DNA of 64,000 nucleotides from Acidobacteriota bacterium (GCA_003222535.1 QHWJ01000224.1:5902-69901), one strand, 5' to 3'; shown: positions 52,103 through 61,705, counted from the stretch's first letter. Numbers and translations are program-made. Notes: generated by a model from the sequence alone, not told the origin.

Positions 52103-52639
52103 ATGTCGACGAAGCGGCCGGAGGCCGCCGATCTCTTCCCGGTGATCTACGGCGAGCTGCGCCGGGTGGCGGGTCGATATCTCTCCCGAGAGCGGCCCAA
52201 TCACACGCTGCAGCCGACGGCGCTCGTGCACGAGGCCTGGTTGAAGCTGCAAAACGAACGCAGCGTACAGCTGCACGGCCGTACGCACGGGCTGGCGCTG
52301 GCGGCGCAGGCAATGCGCCGGCTCCTCGTCGATCATGGCCGGCATCAGAAACGTGACAAGCGTGGGGGCGGTGTGCAGCCCGTGGCGCTCGACGACCTCC
52401 TGGAGGCGGCGGCCACCTCCGCCGTGCCCGTCGAAGATCTCCTCACGCTCGAGTCGGCGTTGACGCGATTGGAAGCCGAGGATCCTCGCGCGGCTCAGGT
52501 GGTCGCCCTGCGGTTTTTTTCGGGCATGTCGAGCCCGGAGGTCGCCGAGCATCTGCAGGTGTCACTGAGGACGGTCGAGAGTGAGTGGACCTACGCCCGG
52601 GCGTGGCTCAAGCGCGAGCTGTCGGGCGAAAAGAAATGA
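52103..52639 (+). CDS. ECF-type sigma-70 factor (TIGR02999-like, Ser/Thr-kinase-associated group)
   Basis: AGGAGG lies upstream of the ATG at 52103. Region 2 is LFPVIYGELRRVAGRYLSRERPNHTLQPTALVHEAWLKL. Region 4 is AQVVALRFFSGMSSPEVAEHLQVSLRTVESEWTYARAWLKREL. Confidence 0.85.
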   Translation: MSTKRPEAADLFPVIYGELRRVAGRYLSRERPNHTLQPTALVHEAWLKLQNERSVQLHGRTHGLALAAQAMRRLLVDHGRHQKRDKRGGGVQPVALDDLLEAAATSAVPVEDLLTLESALTRLEAEDPRAAQVVALRFFSGMSSPEVAEHLQVSLRTVESEWTYARAWLKRELSGEKK

Positions 52640-52648
52640 TGTATGGCC

Positions 52649-55507
52649 CTAACGAAGCCGCGCATATTCGCGGCGCGCGTCCAGCAGCGGTCGAAGATCT
52701 GAATCCGCGCCCTGCCACAGCGCAAAAAGAGCGTCGTACGCCTTTCGCGCCTTCTCCACGTCTCCGGCCAACGTCGCCGCACGAGCGAGGCCGAGGTGCG
52801 CCAGCGGATAGAGCGGCGAGTCCGGACCTTCGCCGCGATGGTTCAGGATGGTCTCGAACTGTACGCCGGCTTCTCTGCCATCCTTCGACGTCAAATAGGC
52901 CTGGCCCCTGAGATACGCCGGCCAGAAGTCCGCCCCCCGTGCATGGTCGTACGGCCTGACTGGTTCGAGCAGCGCCAGCCCACGCGTCGAGTCGCCGCCT
53001 TGTATCGCGAGCGCCGCAGCCGTCACCGGCAACTGAATTCGCCGTGTGAGCGTCGCGTTCGGAAACCGATCGGCCAGCTCGCCCGAGAGTCTCGACACCT
53101 CGCTCTGAGCGCCACACAGCGCGAGGGCGCGCCCACTGCGTTCGAGCGTGGAGTTGTCGCGGCTCAAGGCAATCGCCGCGGCCGCTTCGCTTCGGGTTTC
53201 GGCACACTGGCCGACGAGCGCGTGGGTCTCGGCGTCGGCGATCGACCACTGCGCCGCCGTTTCCTCCAGCTCCGACTGCAGGGCGATCCGGACCGCGCGC
53301 TGAAACTGCTCGTGCGCGGTTCGTACGCGTCCGCTGAACGCCGACACGCGCGCTTCCCAGTCAGACGCCAACATCGCGTCCGGCAGATGACGCGCGGCCT
53401 CCAGTTCGCGTCCCATCGCCGGCGAATCGCCCTCCAGGAATGCAACGGTATAGCCGAACCGCCGAAGGCTGATGAGGTCGGGCCGCAGGGCGCCTGCCTG
53501 CCGAACGACGTCCTTCACATCGCTGAGCCGATTCAACGCCATGAACGTCGACGCGAGACTCTCGAGCGGTGCGACGAAGGTCGGGTCCAGACGCGTCGCT
53601 GTTCGAAAAGGGTTGATGGCCTGCTCGAACTCACCGAAGCAATTGAACGCCGCGCCGAGGCTGTTGAACGCAAACGCCTCTCGAGGATACGTCGCCGTCC
53701 ACGTCCGGGCCAATTCGACGGCCTTGTCCCAGTCTTGCGTCGCATCGTGGTAATAGCGCCATGAAATAAAGAACCGCTCGCGCTCGCTCACCCGGTCCCG
53801 AAGCTCGAACGCTCGGCGGGCAAATTCGGGGGCGAGCGTCGACCGGCGTGTGTTGGCGTACACGCCTGAGAGAACCGCCTGGGCCAGGGCGAAGTCGGGG
53901 TCGAGATCGATCGCGCGTTTGAGGTGCGGAACAGCGCCAACACGGGCGACGAGCCTGTCTTTGTCGAGGGCGAGGGCGTACGAGTGGAGCGCCTCGAGCG
54001 ACGATGTCGTGGCTCTGGGCAGCGGCACGTCGAATTTCTGGATCGAGGCGAGCGACTCGCCCAGTTTTTCGCGCAATCGCGCGGCCGCCTGCCCCAGCGC
54101 CGCCAGCACGTGCTCTTTCTGGTTCACCTCGACCTGTTCGCGCGCCATCACGTCGCCGGTCTGCGAGTTGACGGCTTCGATCGCGATCACGTAGTTGCGT
54201 CCGAGGCTGCCAATCGACCCGGTCAAGAGCGCCTTCAGTCGTTCGCGCTGCGCGATCTCGCGAGCGATGGATCGCGTGATGCGCCCGTCGGCCGGGCGTT
54301 TCATCAGGCGCAGCGCCTCCCGAACCCGTTCGTCGGGGAATATCCTGATGAATGGCGACTGCTCCAATGCGACGGCGAGCGCAACGTTCAGCGTGCCGTC
54401 GAACACGGGCTCCCCTGTGGTGTTCGTGAAGTCTGCCAGCAGGATCGTGTCCTGTTCGGTCAACGTGCGAGCGCCGCCGCGCGCACCGAACGGCGAAACC
54501 AGCGCGAGGATCGCGGCAGCCGCCGCGCCACACGCCGTCGCGACGAGCCAGAGCCGGTAACGCGATGTCACGGGTCTTCTCCAGCTCACCGTCAGATTCG
54601 CGGCCATCGCGGAGGCCGACGACGGGCGATCGCGCGGGTCCGGCGAAAGGGCTTGCATCACGACGCGTTCGAGTCGAGGGTCGATGCCGGGAACCATCGT
54701 CGACGGTCGCGGCCGCCCGCGGCTGTCTTCCGCCCCAAACGTGTGTCGTCCGACGAGGAGTTCGTACAACAACAGACCCAGTGCGTAGATGTCGGTCCGT
54801 TCGGAGACCGACGCGCCGCTCTCCAGCTGTTCCGGCGCCATGTACCCCGGCGTCCCGACGCCGGTGTGCGGGCCGGTTCCGTCCCGCATGACGGCGATGC
54901 CGAAGTCCGTGATCCGCACCGAACCGTGCTCGTCGATCAGGACGTTCGCGGGCTTGAGGTCGCGGTGAAGAATGCCCTGTGCGTGCGCCGCCGCCAGGGC
55001 TTCGCACAATTGAAGCCCGATCTCGGCGACTCTCTCGGACGGCAATCGCCCGACGCGCTGCATGAGCGTGGCCAGATCTTCGCCCTGCACGAGCTCCATC
55101 GACAGAAAGAGCTGTCCGCGCTCCTCGCCGATATCGAACACGCGGCAGACGGCGGGATGCGTGATCCGCCGTGCCAGTCGAACCTCGTTGAGAAGCAGAG
55201 GTCCGGCTGTCGCTTTGGTCGAGCGCACCAACTTGAGCGCAACGGGGATTCCGAGCACGAGATCGTCGGCGCGCCAGACGTCGCCCATGCCGCCCCGACC
55301 CAGACGAGTGACCATCCGGTAGCGGCTCGCGAACACCTCGCCTGGCGCGAACGGCTCCGTCAGTGGCATCGAAGAAGACGGCTCGCTGCCGGCACGCTGG
55401 TCCTCCTCGTGCGCAGCGAGCAGCGACTCCACGTCGGCGCGCAGCTCCTCGTGATCACCGCAGGCCATCCCGACGAACGCCTTGCGCTCGGCCGGCGGAT
55501 GGCTCAA
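52649..55507 (-). CDS. Ser/Thr protein kinase with one TM segment, an extracytoplasmic domain and a C-terminal TPR domain
   Basis: Kinase motifs are LGRGGMGDVWRA, VALKLV, HRDLKPANVLI, DFGIA and GTPGYMAPE. The TM segment is LWLVATACGAAAAAILALV. A long TPR-like C terminus follows. Only a TTG start (55507) is available. The frame is open 16 codons further upstream and is homologous there to the N terminus of the paralog. Confidence 0.85.
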   Translation of the reverse strand: MSHPPAERKAFVGMACGDHEELRADVESLLAAHEEDQRAGSEPSSSMPLTEPFAPGEVFASRYRMVTRLGRGGMGDVWRADDLVLGIPVALKLVRSTKATAGPLLLNEVRLARRITHPAVCRVFDIGEERGQLFLSMELVQGEDLATLMQRVGRLPSERVAEIGLQLCEALAAAHAQGILHRDLKPANVLIDEHGSVRITDFGIAVMRDGTGPHTGVGTPGYMAPEQLESGASVSERTDIYALGLLLYELLVGRHTFGAEDSRGRPRPSTMVPGIDPRLERVVMQALSPDPRDRPSSASAMAANLTVSWRRPVTSRYRLWLVATACGAAAAAILALVSPFGARGGARTLTEQDTILLADFTNTTGEPVFDGTLNVALAVALEQSPFIRIFPDERVREALRLMKRPADGRITRSIAREIAQRERLKALLTGSIGSLGRNYVIAIEAVNSQTGDVMAREQVEVNQKEHVLAALGQAAARLREKLGESLASIQKFDVPLPRATTSSLEALHSYALALDKDRLVARVGAVPHLKRAIDLDPDFALAQAVLSGVYANTRRSTLAPEFARRAFELRDRVSERERFFISWRYYHDATQDWDKAVELARTWTATYPREAFAFNSLGAAFNCFGEFEQAINPFRTATRLDPTFVAPLESLASTFMALNRLSDVKDVVRQAGALRPDLISLRRFGYTVAFLEGDSPAMGRELEAARHLPDAMLASDWEARVSAFSGRVRTAHEQFQRAVRIALQSELEETAAQWSIADAETHALVGQCAETRSEAAAAIALSRDNSTLERSGRALALCGAQSEVSRLSGELADRFPNATLTRRIQLPVTAAALAIQGGDSTRGLALLEPVRPYDHARGADFWPAYLRGQAYLTSKDGREAGVQFETILNHRGEGPDSPLYPLAHLGLARAATLAGDVEKARKAYDALFALWQGADSDLRPLLDARREYARLR

Positions 55508-55626
55508 CGCGGCGAGAAAGAACTCTTGACGTGGAAGGCGGAGTGTGGGCTGTCAAGCGCTGAAACAGCGACATGCCTGGCGAGACCCTCGGGACCGGAA
55601 CAAGCCGTAGAGATCCTGCGTCTAAG

Positions 55627-55645
55627 GCCGTAGACTGTCTACGGC
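55627..55645. promoter_or_regulatory. Perfect 19-nt palindrome immediately upstream of padR, a probable PadR operator
   Basis: The sequence is gccgtagac-t-gtctacggc and ends 1 nt before the padR ATG (55647). An extra half-site, gccgtaga, lies at 55604-55611. Confidence 0.55.
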
Positions 55646-55646
55646 T

Positions 55647-56006
55647 ATGGTCAAACACCCCGACGAACGGCGCCTGGAGCTCCTCCAGGGGACCCTCGAC
55701 ATGCTGATCCTCCGGACCCTGCAGTGGGGGTCCCGGCACGGCCACGGAATCGGCCAGGCCATCCGCGCGCAGTCCGACGACCTGCTCAAGGTCGAAACCG
55801 GCTCCCTCTATCCCGCGCTGCACCGCCTCGAGAAGCGCGGATGGCTGAGATCCGAATGGGGCGTGAGCGAGGCCAACCAGCGGGCGAAGTACTATCGGCT
55901 GACGGCGGCGGGAAAGGCCCAGCTGTCGCGTGAGCGGGATCGGTGGTCGCAGCTCGTGGACGCGATCGGACGCGTACTGAACCCGGCGCCGGCGAGCAAG
56001 GAGTAG
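55647..56006 (+). CDS. PadR-family transcriptional regulator (acidobacterial PadR type)
   Basis: LLQGTLDMLILRTLQWGSRHGHGIGQAIRAQSDDLLKVETGSLYPALHRLEKRGWLRSEWGVSEANQRAKYYRLTAAGK is the canonical PadR winged HTH. Confidence 0.9.
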   Translation: MVKHPDERRLELLQGTLDMLILRTLQWGSRHGHGIGQAIRAQSDDLLKVETGSLYPALHRLEKRGWLRSEWGVSEANQRAKYYRLTAAGKAQLSRERDRWSQLVDAIGRVLNPAPASKE

Positions 56007-56011
56007 CGCAG

Positions 56012-58645
56012 ATGCGGCCCGACCGGGACGACCTCGACGAGGAGATTCGCGGTCATCTGGCTCTCGGCATCAAGGAACGCACCGAGCGCGGCGAGGATCC
56101 GACATCCGCGCGGCTGGCGGCGCTGAAGGAATTCGGCAACGTCACGCTCACACGCGACTCGATGCGAGGCGTCTGGCGCCATCGATGGCTCGACGGAGCC
56201 GAGGCCCTTTGCCGGGACATCCGATTCGCTCTGCGCGCGCTCCTGCGTGTCAAGGGGCTGGCCGCCACCGTCGTGGTGACGCTCGCGCTCGGCATCGGCG
56301 CCAACGCCGCAATCTTCAGCGTCGTCAGGAGCGTGCTCCTCCGTCCCCTGGTCAACCGTGACGAAGATCGGCTGATCTACATCCGCCAGACCGCGCCGGA
56401 CCTCGGCGCCGGGAACACGACGTTCTCAGTGCCCGAAATCAACGACTTCAAGTCACGCGTCACCACCATCAGCGCCTTCGGTGACTTCTCGACGGTTGAC
56501 TTCGCGATGATTGGTCTCGGCGGTGAGCCCCGCATGGTGAAGGCGGGCGTCGTCGGCGGCTCGTTCTTCGACGTGATGGGCCTGCGCCCCGTGCTCGGTC
56601 GCCTGCTGAACGCGCAAGACGATGGCCCCAGGGCGGCGGGCGCGGCGGTCCTCACCCACAGGTTCTGGACGACCTCGCTCAACAGCGACCCGGGCGTCAT
56701 CGGCAAGACCATCCGCCTCGGTCCGCGCGCGGCCACGGTGGTCGGCGTCCTCGAGCCATCGGTCCCGTATCCGGCCGACACCGAGATCATCGCGAACGTG
56801 GTGACCAGCCCGCATCATCTCGGGGCCACGATGGTCACCAGCCGCACTCACCGGATGACGGAGCTTTTCGGCCGCCTCGCCCCGGGGGCCTCCCTCGACA
56901 CGGCGCGCACCGAGCTGACCGCGGTGCACGCCGCCATCATGCGCGAGCACCCCGAGGCGTACTCGGCGAGGGCCGGTGTCCAGCTGAGCGTCAAGAAGCT
57001 CCGGGATCAGATCGCGTCGCCCGCGCGCACGATCCTGCTCGTGCTGCTCGCCGCAGCAGCGGTCGTCTTCGTCATTGCGTGCTCGAATGTCGCCAACCTG
57101 ATCCTGGCGCGATCGGTGCGCCGCGAGGGCGAGCTGGCCGTGCGGGCCGCGCTCGGCGCCGGCCAGGGCGCGCTCCGGCGCACGCTATTGGCCGAGAGCC
57201 TCGTGCTCTGCGGCGCCGGCGCCGTGCTGGGCGTGGTGCTGGCGAGGCCGCTCGTCGCGATGGTCGCGCGCTATGCCGCCCGCTTCTCCGTCCGCGCGCT
57301 CGACGTCACCGTCGATTCAAGCGTGCTCTGGGTCGGCGCCGGGCTGGCGATGGCCGCGGCCGTACTGCTCGCGTACGTCCCGCGTCTTCCGTCGCCGCAC
57401 GCCCCTGCCGGCCTCGGCCTGGCGAGCGGCAGCCTCTGGATCACGCCGGGCACGAACCGCCGCCTGCGGATATTCGCGACGACCCAGCTCGCGTTCTCGT
57501 TCGTACTGCTCGCCGGCGCGGGCATGCTCCTCGCCACGCTCGTCACCCTGCAGACCGCGAACACCGGCTACCGCAACATGCGCCAGGTGATCGTGTTCGA
57601 CGTGCCGCCGTCCGCAACGGGCGTCGCAACGCCCAACGGGCTCGACTTCTTTCGCGAGGCAACGCGCCGCGTCAGCCAGCTCCCGAGCGTCGAGGACGTC
57701 ACAGTGGGCACCGTCGTGCCCTGGCGCGATGCGGGGCTCTTCCCCGGCGGCACGCGGTTCGCGGTGGAGGGCTACACGCCCGCGGACGGCGAAGAGGATC
57801 CTCGAGCGCGCCTGCGAGTCGTCGGGTCCCGGTTCTTCGCGGTGCTCGGCGTCCGGGTGCTCGCCGGCCGGGAATTCACCGATGACGACGGTGCGGGCGG
57901 CGAACCGGTTTCGATCGTCAGCCAGAGCGTCGCGCAGCGTCTGTTCCCGAACGGCGACGGGCTGAACCGTCACATGTGGTGGACCGATCCGTATTTCGGA
58001 AAACCCCTGCCGCGGCGGATTGTCGGCGTCGTTGCGGACGTCGATGACGAGAGCGTGGTGCAGCGACCGGTCATGAGCATCTACATGCCGGTTCGCCAGA
58101 TCAACTATGGCGGACGCCTGTTCGTCCGTGCCGCCGGCGATCCGTACGCGCTCGTACCGTCGGTGATGCGCACCATCCGCGAGATTTCGGCCGAACAGGT
58201 GGTCGAGCGCGCCGCGACGCTCGATGACGTGCGCGCGGAGATGCTGTCGCCGGAGCGGCTGAACGCCTTCGTGTTCTCCGGATTCGCGGGAATCGCGCTG
58301 CTGATCGCCGTCGTAGGTGTGGCGGGCGTGCTGGCGTTCTCGGTGAGCGCGCGCACGCGCGAGTTCGGCGTACGGCTGGCCGTGGGGTCCCCGCCGCGGC
58401 ACCTGCTGGCCCGAGTGCTCTCGGAAGGCGTGCTGATTGCCGCGATCGGGATCGCGGCCGGCGCGGTGGGCGGCTACGCGCTCGCGCTCGTGGCGTCGAG
58501 ATTTTTCGACCACGTGCAGCTGCCAGGCGCCCTGCCTTTGCTCGGCGCGGCGGCCGTGCTCATCGGCGCCGCGGTGGTCGCGTCCCTGATGCCGGCCGTT
58601 CGCGCCTCGCGCGTGGACGTGCTGCAGGCCCTCCGGTCGGAGTAA
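56012..58645 (+). CDS. Duplicated FtsX/MacB-type permease (ADOP family)
   Basis: The ATG at 56012 gives MRPDRDDLDEEIRGHLALGIKERTERGEDP, the typical ADOP leader. Two MacB-periplasmic plus FtsX modules follow. The C terminus is ASRVDVLQALRSE. The gene immediately follows padR. Confidence 0.9.
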   Translation: MRPDRDDLDEEIRGHLALGIKERTERGEDPTSARLAALKEFGNVTLTRDSMRGVWRHRWLDGAEALCRDIRFALRALLRVKGLAATVVVTLALGIGANAAIFSVVRSVLLRPLVNRDEDRLIYIRQTAPDLGAGNTTFSVPEINDFKSRVTTISAFGDFSTVDFAMIGLGGEPRMVKAGVVGGSFFDVMGLRPVLGRLLNAQDDGPRAAGAAVLTHRFWTTSLNSDPGVIGKTIRLGPRAATVVGVLEPSVPYPADTEIIANVVTSPHHLGATMVTSRTHRMTELFGRLAPGASLDTARTELTAVHAAIMREHPEAYSARAGVQLSVKKLRDQIASPARTILLVLLAAAAVVFVIACSNVANLILARSVRREGELAVRAALGAGQGALRRTLLAESLVLCGAGAVLGVVLARPLVAMVARYAARFSVRALDVTVDSSVLWVGAGLAMAAAVLLAYVPRLPSPHAPAGLGLASGSLWITPGTNRRLRIFATTQLAFSFVLLAGAGMLLATLVTLQTANTGYRNMRQVIVFDVPPSATGVATPNGLDFFREATRRVSQLPSVEDVTVGTVVPWRDAGLFPGGTRFAVEGYTPADGEEDPRARLRVVGSRFFAVLGVRVLAGREFTDDDGAGGEPVSIVSQSVAQRLFPNGDGLNRHMWWTDPYFGKPLPRRIVGVVADVDDESVVQRPVMSIYMPVRQINYGGRLFVRAAGDPYALVPSVMRTIREISAEQVVERAATLDDVRAEMLSPERLNAFVFSGFAGIALLIAVVGVAGVLAFSVSARTREFGVRLAVGSPPRHLLARVLSEGVLIAAIGIAAGAVGGYALALVASRFFDHVQLPGALPLLGAAAVLIGAAVVASLMPAVRASRVDVLQALRSE

Positions 58646-58713
58646 ATGGACACATCAGAAAAGTCTTCTTGGCACGTCGGCGTCGGCACACCTCAGGTCA
58701 GTGGTGCAATCAA

Positions 58714-60564
58714 ATGACTGCTCGAAAACCTCTACGGCTGTGGCCCGCTGTGGTCATCGCCATCATCCAGTTGATCGTCATGATCGGCGCTCCTCTTGTT
58801 GGGCCCGGTGACGGAGTGGCCATCGGCATGCTTGGGGGCGTCGCCGGCGCGTTGGCTATCGTCCTGTGGTGGGTGCTCTTCAGCCGCGCGCGCTGGTTCG
58901 AGCGCGTCGGTGCGATCGTCTTGATGGTCGTGGCGGTGTTTGCGGCCAGGGCCGTCGCCCACGAATCGATCGTGGGGGCTGGGCAGGGGATGATGATCTA
59001 CTTCCTGCCGACGCCGTACCTCGCGTTGGCTCTCGTCGCATGGGCGGTGGCCACACGTCATCTCCAGGACGGAGTTCGGCGCGCCTCATTGGTGGCGGCC
59101 ATCCTGCTCGCGTGCGCTCCGTTTGCGCTCATCCGAACGGCTGGCATCAAGGGCGGCGCCGGTTCGGAGTTCCATTGGCGGTGGACTCCAACGCCCGAGC
59201 AACTGTTGCTGGCCCGGGCCAGCGACGAGCCCGGGCCACTCCCGCCATCGCCTGCGACACCATCGTCTGCGGCGCCGGTGGAGGTTCCCAAGGAACCGGA
59301 AACGCCGACGGCCAAAGCCGCCGCGAAGCCTGCAGCGGCTCCCGCGCCCCCCATTGCAGAGACGATCGAAGCTGCCGCGCCGGCCGCGACGGAAACGCCG
59401 GCTGAGTGGCCGGGCTTTCGCGGACCCGGGCGCGACAGCGTCGTTCGCGGCGTGCGGATCGAGACGGACTGGTCGAAGTCGCCTCCGGTCGCGATCTGGC
59501 GCCGGCCGATCGGACCAGGATGGTCATCCTTCGCGGTGCGCGGCGATCTCCTCTATACCCAGGAGCAGCGTGGGGATGACGAGATCGTCTCGTGTTACAG
59601 ACTGAGCACGGGCGAGCCGGTGTGGCGACATCGCGACGCGGTCCGCTTTTATGAATCGAACGGCGGCGCCGGTCCGCGCGCGACGCCGACCCTCAGCCAC
59701 GGTCGCGTCTACACACTTGGCGCGACCGCCGTTCTGAATGCCCTCGACGCCCGGAGCGGCAAGGTCGTGTGGTCGCGCAATGCGGCGACCGACACGGGCC
59801 GGAAGATTCCGGAATGGGGCATCGCGAGCTCGCCGCTGGTGGTCGACGACATCGTGGTCGTCGCCGTGTCCGGCACGCTCGCGGCCTACGATCTCGCGAC
59901 CGGCAGTCCGCGCTGGGTCGGTCCTCAGCACGGCGGCAGCTACAGCTCACCACAGCTGGTGACCCTTGACGGCGTTCGGCAGATCTTGGTGCTGAGCGCA
60001 CCCGGTGCAGTCAGTGTTTCGCCGGCGGACGGCAAGCTGCTGTGGGAGCACACGTGGGAAGGCGGCGCGATCGTGCAGCCCGCGATCACAGCGGACGGCG
60101 GCGTCCTGATCAACGCGATGAGCATGATGGGAGGCATGGCGACGCGCCGGCTTGCGGTGACGCGCGGGCCCGGCGGATGGACCGCCGAAGAGCGCTGGAC
60201 GTCGAACGGGCTGAAGCCCTACTTCAACGACTTCGTCGTTCACAAAGGCCATGCCTTCGGCTTCGACGGCAGCATCCTCGCGTGCATCGACCTCGAGGAC
60301 GGCAAGCGAAAGTGGAAGGGGGGACGCTACGGCAACGGCCAGCTCGTGCTGTTGGCCGATCAGGACCTGCTGCTGGTGCTGTCGGAGGACGGCGAGCTGG
60401 CGCTCGTCGCTGCGACCCCTGACAAGTTCACGGAGCTCGCGCGGTTCCCGGCACTCGATGCCAAGACCTGGAACCACCCGGTGCTGGTCGGCGATGTCCT
60501 GCTGGTTCGCAACGGCCAGGAGATGGTCGCGTTCAGGCTGTCCCTCGCGGGTCGCGGGGATTAG
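58714..60564 (+). CDS. Membrane-anchored PQQ-like beta-propeller protein (multi-TM N-terminal domain, Pro/Ala linker, propeller)
   Basis: The ATG at 58714 gives MTARKPLRLWPAVVIAIIQLIVMIGAPLVG, followed by about five hydrophobic helices. The linker is PSPATPSSAAPVEVPKEPETPTAKAAAKPAAAPAPP. Propeller motifs are EWPGFRGPGRDS, RVYTLGATAVLNALDARSGKVVW, TLAAYDLATGSPRW and ILACIDLEDGKRKW. Confidence 0.85.
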   Translation: MTARKPLRLWPAVVIAIIQLIVMIGAPLVGPGDGVAIGMLGGVAGALAIVLWWVLFSRARWFERVGAIVLMVVAVFAARAVAHESIVGAGQGMMIYFLPTPYLALALVAWAVATRHLQDGVRRASLVAAILLACAPFALIRTAGIKGGAGSEFHWRWTPTPEQLLLARASDEPGPLPPSPATPSSAAPVEVPKEPETPTAKAAAKPAAAPAPPIAETIEAAAPAATETPAEWPGFRGPGRDSVVRGVRIETDWSKSPPVAIWRRPIGPGWSSFAVRGDLLYTQEQRGDDEIVSCYRLSTGEPVWRHRDAVRFYESNGGAGPRATPTLSHGRVYTLGATAVLNALDARSGKVVWSRNAATDTGRKIPEWGIASSPLVVDDIVVVAVSGTLAAYDLATGSPRWVGPQHGGSYSSPQLVTLDGVRQILVLSAPGAVSVSPADGKLLWEHTWEGGAIVQPAITADGGVLINAMSMMGGMATRRLAVTRGPGGWTAEERWTSNGLKPYFNDFVVHKGHAFGFDGSILACIDLEDGKRKWKGGRYGNGQLVLLADQDLLLVLSEDGELALVAATPDKFTELARFPALDAKTWNHPVLVGDVLLVRNGQEMVAFRLSLAGRGD

Positions 60565-60582
60565 AGCGTTTTGCACGTTCGT

Positions 60583-60647
60583 GTAGCGCGACGCCTTCAG
60601 GCGAGTGCGTCCGCTCGGCTGAAGCCTTCGCGCTCCGTCGTTTTCGT
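60583..60647. repeat. GTAG-containing dispersed intergenic repeat (REP-like), copy B
   Basis: The sequence is gtagcgcgacgccttcaggcgagtgcgtccgctcggctgaagccttcgcgctccgtcgttttcg. It shares a 23-nt identical block, cgctcggctgaagccttcgcgct, with 17384-17406. It shares the 17-mer cttcgcgctccgtcgtt with 45190-45206. Confidence 0.65.
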
Positions 60648-60684
60648 GGCGATCTGGAAATCACGCGCGTAAAATAGCGCCCTT

Positions 60685-61551
60685 ATGCTGCCAAGATTGA
60701 TCTCGCTCCTGATGTGCGGATGCTTCGCGATCGCCGCGGCAGGCCTCGCGCAGAGCGATCCGAACTGGACCCGCCCCTTCCCGCCGTTTCGCATCGTCGG
60801 GAACCTCTACTGGGTGGGTTCGTACGATTTGGCCACGTATCTGATCGCCACGCCGCAAGGACACATCCTGATCAACACCGGCGTCGGTGAGACTGCGAAG
60901 CAGATCAAGGCCAGTGTGGAACAACTCGGGTTCAACCTCGCTGACACGAAGATCCTGACAGCCACGCATGGCCACTTCGACCACGTCGCGGGCATGGCGG
61001 AGTTGAAACGCATGACCGGCGCAAGGCTCATCGTCTCGGAACGGGACAGGGAACTGCTCGAGTCCGGGGGCAGGCTGGACTTCCGCTTCGGCGACACGCC
61101 CGGGGCCCGCTTCGAGCCCGTCAAAGTCGATGGCACGTTCAAGGACAGCGACACGATCTCGCTCGGGGGGACCGTCCTCACCGCGCACCACCATCCCGGC
61201 CATACGAAGGGCGCGACGAGCTTTACGCTGAACACGCAGGAGAGCGGGAAGACCTACCGCGTGGTGATTGCCAATATGGGGTCCATCAATCCGGGCGTCA
61301 CCGTCAGCGGCATGGCGAAGTACCCCGGCATCACCGAGGACTACGCGCGAACGTTCAAGGCGCAGAAGGACATGCAGGTCGACGTCTGGCTCGCCTCGCA
61401 CGCGGCGCAATTCAAGCTGCATGAGAAGTACAAGCCTGGCGACGCCTTCAATCCCGATCGCTTCGTCGATCCGCAGGGCTTCAAGGCGTCGGTCGAGCAG
61501 TTGGAGAGGAGATATCTGGAGCAATTGGCGCGAGAGCGCGCACTCAAGTGA
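60685..61551 (+). CDS. Subclass B3 metallo-beta-lactamase-like hydrolase (secreted)
   Basis: The signal peptide is MLPRLISLLMCGCFAIAAAGLAQS. B3-style blocks are FRIVGNLYWVGSYDLATYLI, ILTATHGHFDHVAG (HxHxDH) and HHHPGHTKGATSF. Confidence 0.85.
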   Translation: MLPRLISLLMCGCFAIAAAGLAQSDPNWTRPFPPFRIVGNLYWVGSYDLATYLIATPQGHILINTGVGETAKQIKASVEQLGFNLADTKILTATHGHFDHVAGMAELKRMTGARLIVSERDRELLESGGRLDFRFGDTPGARFEPVKVDGTFKDSDTISLGGTVLTAHHHPGHTKGATSFTLNTQESGKTYRVVIANMGSINPGVTVSGMAKYPGITEDYARTFKAQKDMQVDVWLASHAAQFKLHEKYKPGDAFNPDRFVDPQGFKASVEQLERRYLEQLARERALK

Positions 61552-61705
61552 GTTGGGACGGGGCTTGGATGACAGCTCGCCGCCGCCCTTGGCTCCGGAG
61601 ATCCCCGTCACGATGCTGTCAACGATGTCTGCAAGGCCGGTGGTCTGAGACTTCTGACGCGTTAGAGACCGGACGCTCCCGCGCCCGTTCGAAACGCGCC
61701 TCTAA

